A DNA stretch of 64,000 bases, taken from the NCBI GenBank assembly GCA_964016885.1, contig OZ024743.1:327918001-327982000 (forward strand), given 5' to 3'. Every line of letters begins with the position of its first letter. Position 1 is the first letter of the stretch. The notes below the pieces were generated by a model, which saw nothing but the letters and a program-made list of their open reading frames with translations, was not told where the DNA came from and ran no database searches. Below are positions 15,001 to 26,539 of the stretch, piece after piece. The stretch is from Eledone cirrhosa (taxonomy: Eukaryota). A program made the position numbers and the translations under genes.

Positions 15001-18000
15001 GAACAGTAAGTTGGCAGTGGCAAGGAAGCTGTGTTGTGTATAGGAAGTAGTAGTCAGACACTATGTACTAGCAGAGGGAACAGTAAGCTGGCAGTGGCAA
15101 GGAAGCTGTGCTGTGTATAGGAAGAAGTAGTCAGACATTATGTACTAGCAGAGGGAACAGTAAGCTGACAGTGGAAAGGAAGCTGTGTTGTGTATAGGAA
15201 GGAGTCAGATATTATGCACTAGCAGAGGGAACAGTAAGCTGGCAGTGGCAAGGAAGCTGTGTCGTGTATAGGAAGAAGAAGTCAAACATTATGTACTAGC
15301 AGAGGAAGCAGTAAGCTGGCAATGGCAAGGAAGCTGTGTTGTGTACAGGAGGAAGGAGTCAGACACTACGTACTAGCAGAGGGAACAGAAAGCTGGCAGT
15401 GGCAAGGAAGCTGTGTTGTGTATAGGAAGAAGTAGTCAAACATTATGTTCTAGCAGAGGAAACAGTAAGCTGGCAGTGGCAAGGAAGCTCTGTTGTGTAT
15501 AGGAAGACGTAGTCAGACATTATGTACTAGCAGAGGGAACAGTAAGCTGGCAGTGGCAAGGAAGCTGTGTTGTGTATAGGAAGAAAGAGTCAGACACTAT
15601 GTACTAGCAGAGGGAGCAGTAAGCTGGCAGTCGCAAGGAAACTGTGTTGTGTATAGGAAGAAGGAGTCAGACACTATGTACTAGCAGAGGAAACAGTAAG
15701 CTGGCAGTGGTAAGGAAGCTGTGTTGTGTATAGGAAGAAAGAGTCAGAGACTATGTACTACGAGAGGGAACAGTAAGCTGGCAGTGGCAAGGAAGCTGTG
15801 TTGTGTATAGGAAGAAGTAGTCAGACATTATGTACTAGCAGAGGGAGCAATAAGCTGGCAGTGGCAAGGAACCTGTGTTGTGTATAGGAAGAAGTAGTCA
15901 GACATTATGTACTAGCAGAGGAAACAGTAAGCTGGCAGTGGTAAGGAAGCTGTGTTGTGTATAGGAAGAAAGAGTCAGACACTATGTACTACGAGAGGGA
16001 ACAGTAAGCTGGCAGTGGCAAGGAAGCTGTGCTGTGTATAGGAAGACGTAGTCAGACATTATGTACTAGCAGAGGGAACAGTAAGCTGGCAGTGGCAAGG
16101 AAGCTTTGTTGTGTATAGGAAGAAAGAGTCAGACACTATGTACTAGCAGAGGGAACAGTAAGCTGGCAGTGGCAAGCAAGCTGTGTTGTGTATAGGAAGA
16201 AGTAGACAGGCATTATGTACTAGCAGAGGGAGCAGTAAGCTGGCAGTGGCAAGGAACCTGTGTTGTGTATAGGAAGAAGTAGTCAGACATTATGTACTAG
16301 CAGAGGAAACAGTAAGCTGGCAGTGGCAAGGAAGCTATGTTGCGTATAGGAAGAAAGAGTCAGACACTATGTACTACGAGAGGGAACAGTAAGCTGGCAG
16401 TGGCAAGGAAGCTGTGTTGTGTATAGGAAGAAGTAGTCAGACATTATGTACTAGCAGAGGGAGCAGTAAGCTGGCAGTGGCAAGGAACCTGTGTTGTGTA
16501 TAGGAAGAAGTAGTCAGACATTATGTACTAGCAGAGGAAACAGTAAGCTGGCAGTGGCAAGGAAGCTGTGTTGTGTATAGGAAGAAAGAGTCAGACACTA
16601 TGTACTACGAGAGGGAACAGTAAGCTGGCAGTGGCAAGGAAGCTGTGTTGTGTATAGGAAGAAGTAGTCAGACATTATGTACTAGCAGAGGGAGCAGTAA
16701 GCTGGCAGTGGCAAGGAACCTGTGTTGTGTATAGGAAGAAGTAGTCAGACATTATGTACTAATAGAAGGAACAGTAAGCTGGCAATGGCAAGGAAGCTGT
16801 GTTGTGTATAGGAAGAAGTAGTCAGACACTATGTACTAGCAGAGGGAACAGTAAGCTGGCAGTGGCAAGGAAGCTGTGTTGTGTATAGGAAGAAGTATTC
16901 AGACATTATGTACTAGCAGAGGGGGAAGTAAGCTGGCAGTGGCGAGGAGGCTGTGTTATGTATAGGAAGAAGTAGTCTGCCACTATGTACTAGCAGAGGG
17001 AACAGTAAGCTGGCAGTGGCAAGGAAGCTGTGTTGTGTATAGGAAGAAGTAGTCAGCCACTATGTACTAGCAGAAGGAACAGTAAGTTGGCAGTGGCAAG
17101 GAAGCTGTGTTGTGTATAGGAAGTAGTAGTCAGACACTATGTACTAGCAGAGGAAACAGTAAGCTGGCAGTGGCAAGGAAGCTGTGTTGTGTATAGGAAG
17201 AAGTAGTCAGACACTATGTACTAGCAGAGGGAACAGTAAGCTGGCAGTGGCAAGGAAGCTGTGTTGTGTATAGGAAGTAGTAGTCAGACATTATGTACTA
17301 GCAGAGGGAAGAGTAAGCAGGCAGTGGCAAGGAGCTGTGTTGTGTATAGGAAGAAGGAGTCAGACACTATGTACTAGCAGAGGGAGCAGTAAGCTGGCAG
17401 TGGCAAGGATGCTATGTTGTGTATAGGAAGAAGTAGTCAAACATTATGTACTATCAGAGGGAAGAGTAAGCTGGCAGTGGCAATGAAGCTGTGTTGTGTA
17501 TAGGAAGAAGTAGTCAAACATTATATACTATCAGAGGGAACAGTAAGCTGGCAGTGGCAAGGAAGCTGTGTTGTGTATAGGCAGAAGGAGTCAGACACTA
17601 GGTACTAGCAGAGGGAACAGTAAGCTGGCAGTGGCAAGGAAGCTGTGTTGTGTATAGGAAGAAGTAGTCGGACATTATGTACTATCAGAGGGAACAGTAA
17701 GCTGGCAGTGGCAAAGAAGCTGTGCTGTGTATAGGAAGAAGTAGTCAGACATTATGTACTAGCAGAGGGAACAGTAAGCTGGCAGTTGCAAGGAAGCTGT
17801 GTTGTGTATAGGAAGTAGTAGTCAGACATTATGTACTAGCAGAGGCAACAGTAAGCTGGCAGTGGGAAGGAAGCTGTATTGTGTATAGGAAGAAGGAGTC
17901 AGACACTAGGTACTAGCAGAGGGAACAGTAAGCTGGCAGTGGCAAGGAAGCTGTGTTGTGTATAGGAAGAAGTAGTCAGACATTATGTACTAGCAGAGGG

Positions 18001-21000
18001 AACAGTAAGCTGGCAGTGGCAAGGAAGCTGTGTTGTGCATAGGCAGTAGTAGTCAGACACTATGTTCTAGCAGAGGGGGAAGTAAGCTGGCAGTGGCAAG
18101 GAAGCTGTGTTGTGTATAGGAAGAAGTATTCAGACATTATGTACTAGCAGAGGGAACAGTAAGCTGGCAGTGGCCAGGAAGCTGTGTTGTGTATAGGAAG
18201 AAGTAGTCAGACATTATATACTAGCAGAGGGAACAGTAAGCTGGCAGTGGCAAGAAGCTGTGTTGTGTATAGGAAGAAGGAGTCAGACATTATGTACTAG
18301 CAGAGGGAACAGTAAGCTGGCAGTGGCAAGGAAGCTGTGTTGTGTATAGGAAAAAGTAGTCAGACATTATGTACTAACAGAGGGAACAGTAGGCTGCCAG
18401 TGGCAAGGAAGCTGTGCTGTGTATAGGAAGAAGTAGTCAGACACTATTTACTAGCAGAGGGAGCAGTAAGCTGGCAGTGGCAAGGAAACTGTGTTGTGTA
18501 TAGGAAGAAGGAGTCAGACACTATATACTAGCAGAGGGAACAGTAAGCTGGCAGTGGCAAGGAAGCTGTGTTGTGTATAGGAAGAAGGAGTCAGACACTA
18601 TGTACTAGCAGAGGGAGAAATAATCTCGCAGCGGCAAGGAAGCTGTGTTGTGTTTAGGAAGAAGGAGTCAGACATTATATACTAGCAGAGGGAGCAGTAA
18701 GCTGGCAGTGGCAAGGAAGCTGTGTTGTGTATAGGAAGAATTAGTCAGATACTATGTACTAGTAGAGGGAACAGTAAAATGGCAGTGGCAAGGAAGCTGT
18801 GTTGTTTATAGGAAGAAGTAGTCACACACTATGTACTAGCAGAGGGAGCAGTAAGCTGGCAGTGGCAAGGAAGCTGTGTTGTGTATAGGAAGAAGGAGTC
18901 AGACACTATGTACTAGCAGAAGGAGCAGTAAGCTGGCAGCGGCAAGGAAGCTGTGTCGTGTTTATGAAGGAGGAGTCAGACATTATGTACTAGCAGAGGC
19001 AACAGTAAGCTGGCAGTGGCAAGGAAGCTGTGTTGTGTATAGGAAGAAGGAGTCAGACACTATGTACTAGCAGAGGCAACAGTAAGCTGGCAGTGGCAAG
19101 GAAGCTGTGTTGTGTATAGGAAGAAGTAGTCAGACACTATGTACTAGCAGAGGGAACAGTAAGCTGGCGGTGGCAAGGAAGCTGTGTTGTGTATAGGAAG
19201 AAGGAGTCAGACACTATGTACTAGCAGAGGGAACAGTAAGCTGGCAGTGGCAAGGAAGCTGTGTTGTGTATAGGAAGTAGTAGTCAGACATTATGTACTA
19301 GCAGAGGGAAGAGTAAGCAGGCAGTGGCAAGGAGCTGTGTTGTGTATAGGAAGAAGGAGTCAGACACTATGTACTAGCAGAGGGAGCAGTAAGCTGGCAG
19401 TGGCAAGGAAGCTGTGTTGTGTATAGGAAGAAGTAGTCAAACATTATGTACTATCAGAGGGAAGAGTAAGCTGGCAGTGGCAATGAAGCTGTGTTGTGTA
19501 TAGGAAGAAGTAGTCAAACATTATATACTATCAGAGGGAACAGTAAGCTGGCAGTGGCAAGTAAGCTGTGTTGTGTATAGGCAGAAGGAGTCAGACACTA
19601 GGTACTAGCAGAGGGAACAGTAAGCTGGCAGTGGCAAGGAAGCTGTGTTGTGTATAGGAAGAAGTAGTCGGACATTATGTACTATCAGAGGGAACAGTAA
19701 GCTGGCAGTGGCAAAGAAGCTGTGTTGTGTATAGGAAGAAGTAGTCAGACATTATGTACTAGCAGAGGGAACAGTAAGCTGGCAGTTGCAAGGAAGCTGT
19801 GTTGTGTATAGGAAGTAGTAGTCAGACATTATGTACTAGCAGAGGCAACAGTAAGCTGGCAGTGGGAAGGAAGCTGTATTGTGTATAGGAAGAAGGAGTC
19901 AGACATTATGTACTAGCAGAGGGAACAGTAAGCTGGCAGTGGCAAGGAAGCTGTGTTGTGTATAGGAAGAAGTAGTCAGACATTATGTACTAGCAGAGGG
20001 AACAGTAAGCTGGCAGTGGCAAGGAAGCTGTGTTGTGTATAGGAAGAAGTAGTCAGACATTATGTACTAGCAGAGGGAACAGTAAGCTGGCAGTGGCAAG
20101 GAAGCTGTGTTGTGTATAGGAAGAAGTAGTCAGACACTAGGTACTAGCAGAGGGAACAGTAAGCTGGCAGTGGCAAGGAAGCTGTGTTGTGTATAGGAAG
20201 AAGTAGTCAGACATTATGTACTAGCAGAGGGAACAGTAAGCTGGCAGTGGCAAGGAAGCTGTGTTGTGCATAGGCAGTAGTAGTCAGACACTATGTACTA
20301 GCAGAGGGAGCAGTAAGCTGGCAGTGGCAAGGAAGCTGTGTTGTGTATAGGAAGAAGTATTCAGACATTATGTACTAGCAGAGGGAACAGTAAGCTGGCA
20401 GTGGCCAGGAAGCTGTGTTGTGTATAGGAAGAAGTAGTCAGACATTATATACTAGCAGAGGGAACAGTAAGCTGGCAGTGGCAAGAAGCTGTGTTGTGTA
20501 TAGGAAGAAGGAGTCAGACATTATGTACTAGCAGAGGGAACAGTAAGCTGGCAGTGGCAAGGAAGCTGTGTTGTGTATAGGAAAAAGTAGTCAGACATTA
20601 TGTACTAACAGAGGGAACAGTAGGCTGCCAGTGGCAAGGAAGCTGTGCTGTGTATAGGAAGAAGTAGTCAGACACTATTTACTAGCAGAGGGAGCAGTAA
20701 GCTGGCAGTGGCAAGGAAACTGTGTTGTGTATAGGAAGAAGGAGTCAGACACTATATACTAGCAGAGGGAACAGTAAGCTGGCAGTGGCAAGGAAGCTGT
20801 GTTGTGTATAGGAAGAAGGAGTCAGACACTATGTACTAGCAGAGGGAGAAATAATCTCGCAGCGGCAAGGAAGCTGTGTTGTGTTTAGGAAGAAGGAGTC
20901 AGACATTATGTACTAGCAGAGGGAGCAGTAAGCTGGCAGTGGCAAGGAAGCTGTGTTGTGTATAGGAAGAATTAGTCAGATACTATGTACTAGTAGAGGG

Positions 21001-23444
21001 AACAGTAAAATGGCAGTGGCAAGGAAGCTGTGTTGTTTATAGGAAGAAGTAGTCACACACTATGTACTAGCAGAGGGAGCAGTAAGCTGGCAGTGGCAAG
21101 GAAGCTGTGTTGTGTATAGGAAGGAGTCAGACACTATGTACTAGCAGAAGGAGCAGTAAGCTGGCAGCGGCAAGGAAGCTGTGTTGTGTTTATGAAGGAG
21201 GAGTCAGACATTATGTACTAGCAGAGGCAACAGTAAGCTGGCAGTGGCAAGGAAGCTGTGTTGTGTATAGGAAGAAGGAGTCAGACACTATGTACTAGCA
21301 GAGGCAACAGTAAGCTGGCAGTGGCAAGGAAGCTGTGTTGTGTATAGGAAGAAGTAGTCAGACACTATGTACTAGCAGAGGGAACAGTAAGCTGGCAGTG
21401 GCAAGGAAGCTGTGTTGTGTATAGGAAGAAGGAGTCAGACACTATGTACTAGCAGAGGCAACAGTAAGCTGGCAGTGGCAAGGAAGCTGTGTTGTGTATA
21501 GGAAGAAGTAGTCAGACACTATGTACTAGCAGAGGGAACAGTAAGATGGCAGTGGCCAGGAAGCTGTGTTGTGTATAGGAAGAAGTAGTCAGACACTATG
21601 TACTAGCAGAGGGAGCAGTAAGCTGGCAGTGGCAAGGAAGCTGTGTTGTGTATAGGAAGAAGTAGTCGGACATTATGTACTAGCAGAGGGAACAGTAAGC
21701 TGGCAGTGGCAAGGAAGCTGTGTTGTCTATAGTAAGAAGTAGTCAGACACTATGTACTAGCAGAGGGAACAGTAAGCTGGCAGCGGCAAGGAAGCTGCGT
21801 TGTGTATAGGAAGAAGTAGTCAGACATTATGTACTAGCAGAGGGAACAGTAAGCTGGCAGTGGCAAGGAAGCTGTGTTGTGTATAGGAAGAAGTAGTCAG
21901 ACATTATTTACTAGCAGAGGGAACAGTAAGCTGGCAGTGGCAAGGAGGCTGTGTTGTATATAGGAAGAAGTAGTCAGACATTATGTACTAGCAGAGGGAA
22001 CAGTAAGCTGGCAGTGGCAAGGAAGCTGTGTTGTGTATAGGAAGAAGTAGTCAGACATTATGTACTAGCAGAGGGAACAGTAAGCTGGCAGTGGCAAGGA
22101 GGCTGTGTTGTATATAGGAAGAAGTAGTCAGACATTATGTACTAGCAGAGGGAACAGTAAGCTGGCAGTGGCAAGGAGGCTGTGTTGTATATAGGAAGAA
22201 GTAGTCAGACATTATGTACTAGCAGAGGGAACAGTAAGCTGGCAGTGGCAAGGAGGCTGTGTTGTATATAGGAAGAAGTAGTCAGACACTATGTACTAGC
22301 AGAGGGAGCAGTAAGCTGGCAGTGGTAAGGAAGCTGTGTTGTCTATAGTAAGAAGTAGTCAGACATTATGTACTAGCAGAGGGAACAGTAAGCTGGCAGT
22401 GGCAAGGAAACTGTGTTGTGTATAGGAAGAAGGAGTCAGACACTATGTACTAGCAGAGGCAACAGTAAGCTGGCAGTGGCAAGAAAGCTGTGTTGTGTAT
22501 AGGAAGAAGTAGTCAGACACTATGTACTAGCAGAGGCAACAGTAAGCTGGCAGTGGCAAGGAAGCTGTGTTGTGTATAGGAAGAAGTAGTCAGACACTAT
22601 GTACTAGCAGAGGGAACAGTAAGATGGCAGTGGCCAGGAAGCTGTGTTGTGTATAGGAAGAACTAGTCAGACACTATGTACTAGCAGAGGGAGCAGTAAG
22701 CTGGCAGTGGCAAGGAAGCTGTGTTGTGTATAGGAAGAAGTAGTCGGACATTATGTACTAGCAGAGGGAACAGTAAGCTGGCAGTGGCAAGGAAGCTGTG
22801 TTGTCTATAGTAAGAAGTAGTCAGACACTATGTACTAGCAGAGGGAACAGTAAGCTGGCAGCGGCAAGAAAGCTGCGTTGTGTATAGGAAGAAGTAGTCA
22901 GACATTATGTACTAGCAGAGGGAACAGTAAGCTGGCAGTGGCAAGGAAGCTGTGTTGTGTATAGGAAGAAGTAGTCAGACATTATGTACTAGCAGAGGGA
23001 ACAGTAAGCTGGCAGTGGCAAGGAGGCTGTGTTGTATATAGGAAGAAGTAGTCAGACATTATGTACTAGCAGAGGGAACAGTAAGCTGGCAGTGGCAAGG
23101 AGGCTGTGTTGTATATAGGAAGAAGTAGTCAGACATTATGTACTAGCAGAGGGAACAGTAAGCTGGCAGTGGCAAGGAGGCTGTGTTGTATATAGGAAGA
23201 AGTAGTCAGACATTATGTACTAGCAGAGGGAACAGTAAGCTGGCAGTGGCAAGGAGGCTGTGTTGTATATAGGAAGAAGTAGTCAGACACTATGTACTAG
23301 CAGAGGGAGCAGTAAGCTGGCAGTGGTAAGGAAGCTGTGTTGTCTATAGTAAGAAGTAGTCAGACATTATGTACTAGCAGAGGGAACAGTAAGCTGGCAG
23401 TGGCAAGGAGGCTGTGTTGTATATAGGAAGAAGGAGTCAGACAT
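1..23444. repeat. 77-bp tandem satellite, about 300 copies, open at the left window edge
   Basis: Consensus gagggaacagtaagctggcagtggcaaggaagctgtgttgtgtataggaagaagtagtcagacattatgtactagca recurs every 77 bp (e.g. starts at 77, 154). Purine-rich + strand (26 G vs 9 C per unit) and no CpG in the consensus. Confidence 0.98.
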
Positions 23445-23763
23445 ATAGCAAGAGTTGCCTCCCTAGTCATGACAATCTCATCACCGCTCTCTCGGCAGGA
23501 AGTAGCTGGAGTTTCTTCCCTATGGGATTGACCGACTCCCTGTTGGTCATTTCCGGTCAATTCCTATAAAAGGAACAGGTTACTACGATATCTCCTCTTG
23601 CCTCCTGATTTCTGAAGTGGTAACACCTGCGACCCTAGCTTATGATGATTCCTTCTTGATAATCCATGCTGGTACCTGAGAGCCTAAGATGTCAATACCA
23701 GCTAGAAAAGATCTCTTCTTTTCTCTACCAACTTCAGCCTCGAGTTATGACCATCGGGTAACA
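23445..23763 (+). other. Unique segment abutting the satellite, possibly the 3' part of an LTR
   Basis: Contains TATAAAAG at 23565-23572 and ends in GGGTAACA at 23763 before AT-rich DNA. The LTR identity is inference only. Confidence 0.3.
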
Positions 23764-23945
23764 AATCCTTAATATTTAATACCTTTGACGTCCATGAAGT
23801 AAAAACATTATTATAACACACACACCGGTATTTAATGTCTTTTTTTTTTTTTAAATCACGTCGGGGGTCACCACTTTAGGAGATTAGTATCTCGGTACTG
23901 TGTCATCGCCTTTTAGAGGTGCAATATGTGTGTGTGTGTGTGCGT

Positions 23946-24165
23946 AACTGTTTCTAGTTTAGTCACAAGGCCTGCAATCTTTTTTTTTGGGGGGGGGAAA
24001 GTCGATTAAATTGATTCCAGTGCATTACTACTATTTTATTTTATCGATCCCGTAAGGGTGAAAGGCAAAGTTAACCTCGACGGGATTTAAACTCAGAATG
24101 TAAAGGGCCGTACTCCATGCTGCGAAGCATATTATCCCACGCTCTACCGATACTGCCAATACACC
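23946..24165 (-). mobile_element. SINE, same family as 54238-54424 and 57058-57250
   Basis: Reverse complement carries the head ggtgtattggcagtatcggtagag, the core gaggttaactttgcctttcacccttacgggatcgataaaata and the tail ggccttgtgactaaactagaaacag. Confidence 0.85.
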
Positions 24166-24667
24166 ATAACTTTTGATTGAAAGTATGCTGAAATATGTTT
24201 TTCTTGGTTCATCAATTAAAATAAATAAAACATAGATTTGGGTTCTCTTTCTATCATTATAAAACATAATGCAATGTATAATTTGGAGAAGATTTGGTTG
24301 TTGTTTCTAGCATTTAAAAAAAATATAAATTTCAAGTTCGGTTGACGTTTCTAGCATTTTGGTTAACCATTTAGATATCAACAAGCAATGTCGAAAGTTT
24401 TATATTTAACTCCCTTTGACCGTGACACATATATACACACACATGCCGGTGTTAGTGTTTGATGAGGTTGAGAACCTGGTTAGCTTTCAACCACAGCTGT
24501 GGTATTTAATCTCCCTAGGTAATAAAATCTGGAGACAAAAATGTTCTCAACATCCTTACACACTTAAATATAAATGCATGTATATATACAAATGTATAAA
24601 TGCATAGCCATATACATACGTAAATGTATGTATTATGTAGATTTATATATATATATCTACATACATA

Positions 24668-24730
<63 letters not shown>

Positions 24731-24735
<5 letters not shown>

Positions 24736-25050
24736 GAATAATAATAAATGAAGACAAGACATTCACATAATCAAAATATATGTTTTATTATATATATTTC
24801 GAAGGTACTGTGCTGTTTTTTCAGTACGTCCTCGTCAGATAAAATACATGAATTAATGTATGCATCAATTGAAAAAACAGCACAGTACCTTCGAAATATA
24901 TATAATAAAACATATATTTTGATTATGTGAATGACTTCATTTATTATTATTCTGAATAATAATAACTCCAGAAAACTTTTCGGTAGAGTTGATTTAATCT
25001 ATTGTAAAACTATATTCATTGAGTAATCAATGAACCATATTAAACTTTGA
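24731..25050. mobile_element. Palindromic non-autonomous element (family A) between (TA)n tracts, Penelope pLTR-like
   Basis: Arms ~24731-24822 and ~24871-24957 are reverse complements, and a unique tail follows the right arm. A direct, diverged copy of the left arm lies at 26400-26530. Confidence 0.7.
24780..24849 (-). ncRNA. Type I hammerhead ribozyme motif (family A)
   Basis: Minus strand reads TTTTAT-CTGACGA-GGACGTACTG-loop-CAGTACCTTC-GAAA-TATATA-TA-ATAAAA: intact core, 6-bp stem I, 10-bp stem II with one mismatch, minimal palindromic stem III. Confidence 0.75.
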
Positions 25051-25272
25051 TTATATATATATATATAAGTATGTATACGTACATACATATATGTATACAG
25101 ACGCACAGTAGTATGCATATATATATATACATACATGCACATATATATATATGTACCTATGGATTCACCGAACATTTATTATAATGCTCGGTGTGTTTGT
25201 AAACAAACATCCCGTATAAAGCCGCAGTGTCTAGCAACCATCGTTGCTCATTTGTTCAATATTGACAAAGGA

Positions 25273-25315
25273 ACGCTGTACTAGTTTCAAGCTTATTAGC
25301 TATGGTCAGCAACGT
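25273..25315 (-). ncRNA. Hammerhead motif (family B) with mutated core, probably inactive
   Basis: Same as 25832-25874 but the core reads CTGACCA instead of CTGACGA. Confidence 0.6.
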
Positions 25316-25516
25316 ATATCTTCCTGCCAGATGGTTGAAAGTCTGAAAGTATATACTTTCTTTATGCATATTAACGGCTGAACAGCCTAATTTGCATATC
25401 GAGTGAGTTAATCGGCCGGGGTACCGAAAACGATAAACGGAAAAAATGAAACGAAATTTCATTTCTCACTCTTAGTACGGCTGTTACTTAAATATAAGTA
25501 TATATATGTGTGCATG

Positions 25517-25584
<68 letters not shown>

Positions 25585-25831
25585 TACTACTGTGCGTCTG
25601 TATACATATATGTATGTACGTATACATATATGTATGTACGTATACATACTTATATTTAAGTAACAGCCGTACTAAGAGTGAGAAATGAAATTTCGTTTCA
25701 TTTTTTCCGTTTATCGTTTTCGGTACCCCGGCCGATTAACTCACTCGATATGCAAATTAGGCTGCTCAGCCGTTAATATGCACAAGGAAAGTATATACTT
25801 TCAGACGTTCAACCATCTGGCAGGAAGGTAT

Positions 25832-25874
25832 ACGTTGCTGACGATAGCTAATAAGCTTGAAACTAGTACAGCGT
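25832..25874 (+). ncRNA. Minimal type I hammerhead ribozyme motif (family B)
   Basis: ACGTTG-CTGACGA-TAGCTAATAAGCTT-GAAA-CTAG-TA-CAGCGT: stem I ACGTTG/CAGCGT, stem II AGCT/AGCT, palindromic ACTAGT stem III, GUA cleavage triplet. Confidence 0.8.
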
Positions 25875-26295
25875 TCATTTGTCAGTGTTGAACAAATGAG
25901 CAACGATGGTTGCTAGACGCTGCACGGCTTAATTCGGGATGCTTGTTTACAAACACACCCAGCATTATAATAAATGTTCGGTGAATCCATACGTACATAT
26001 ATATATGTGTGCATGTATATATATATATATATATATATGCATACTATTGTGTGTCTGTTTACATATATGTATGTACGTATACATACTTATATTTAAGTAA
26101 CAGCCGTACTAAGAGTGAGAAATGAAATTTCGTTTCATTTTTTCCGTTTATATATATATATATATATAAATCAATCTACATACATATATATATATATATC
26201 TACATACATATATACATACATTTACGTATGTATATAGCTATGCATTTATACATTTGTATATATACATGCATTTATATTTAAATGTGTGTGTATAA

Positions 26296-26404
<109 letters not shown>

Positions 26405-26447
26405 TTCAAAATATTAACAAATGAAAATATTCACATAATCAAAATAT

Positions 26448-26519
26448 ATGGTTTATTATATATATTTCGAAGGTACTGTGTTGTTTCTTTTCCAGTACGT
26501 CCTCATCAGTAAAATATAT
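26448..26519 (-). ncRNA. Hammerhead motif, second family A copy
   Basis: CTGATGA-GGACGTACTG...CAGTACCTTC-GAAA-TATATA-TA on the minus strand. Stem I is weakened by a 1-nt loss relative to the 24780 copy. Confidence 0.6.
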
Positions 26520-26539
26520 GATTTGATATATGACATACT

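Larger units (their letters stand above)
25065..26149. repeat. Large inverted repeat made of a ~460-bp tandem unit (family B), centred on (TA)n
   Basis: ~25140-25500 is the reverse complement of ~25645-26010. The unit start (25581 onward) recurs at 26039-26149 and, inverted, at 25065-25118. Confidence 0.9.

Noticed and set aside
1-23444. CRISPR-like array or coding repeat (short ORFs at 3498, 6496, 18876, 21107, 23360)
   Set aside because: Units are contiguous with no unique spacers and no cas genes. The ORFs are chance stop-free runs within the satellite.
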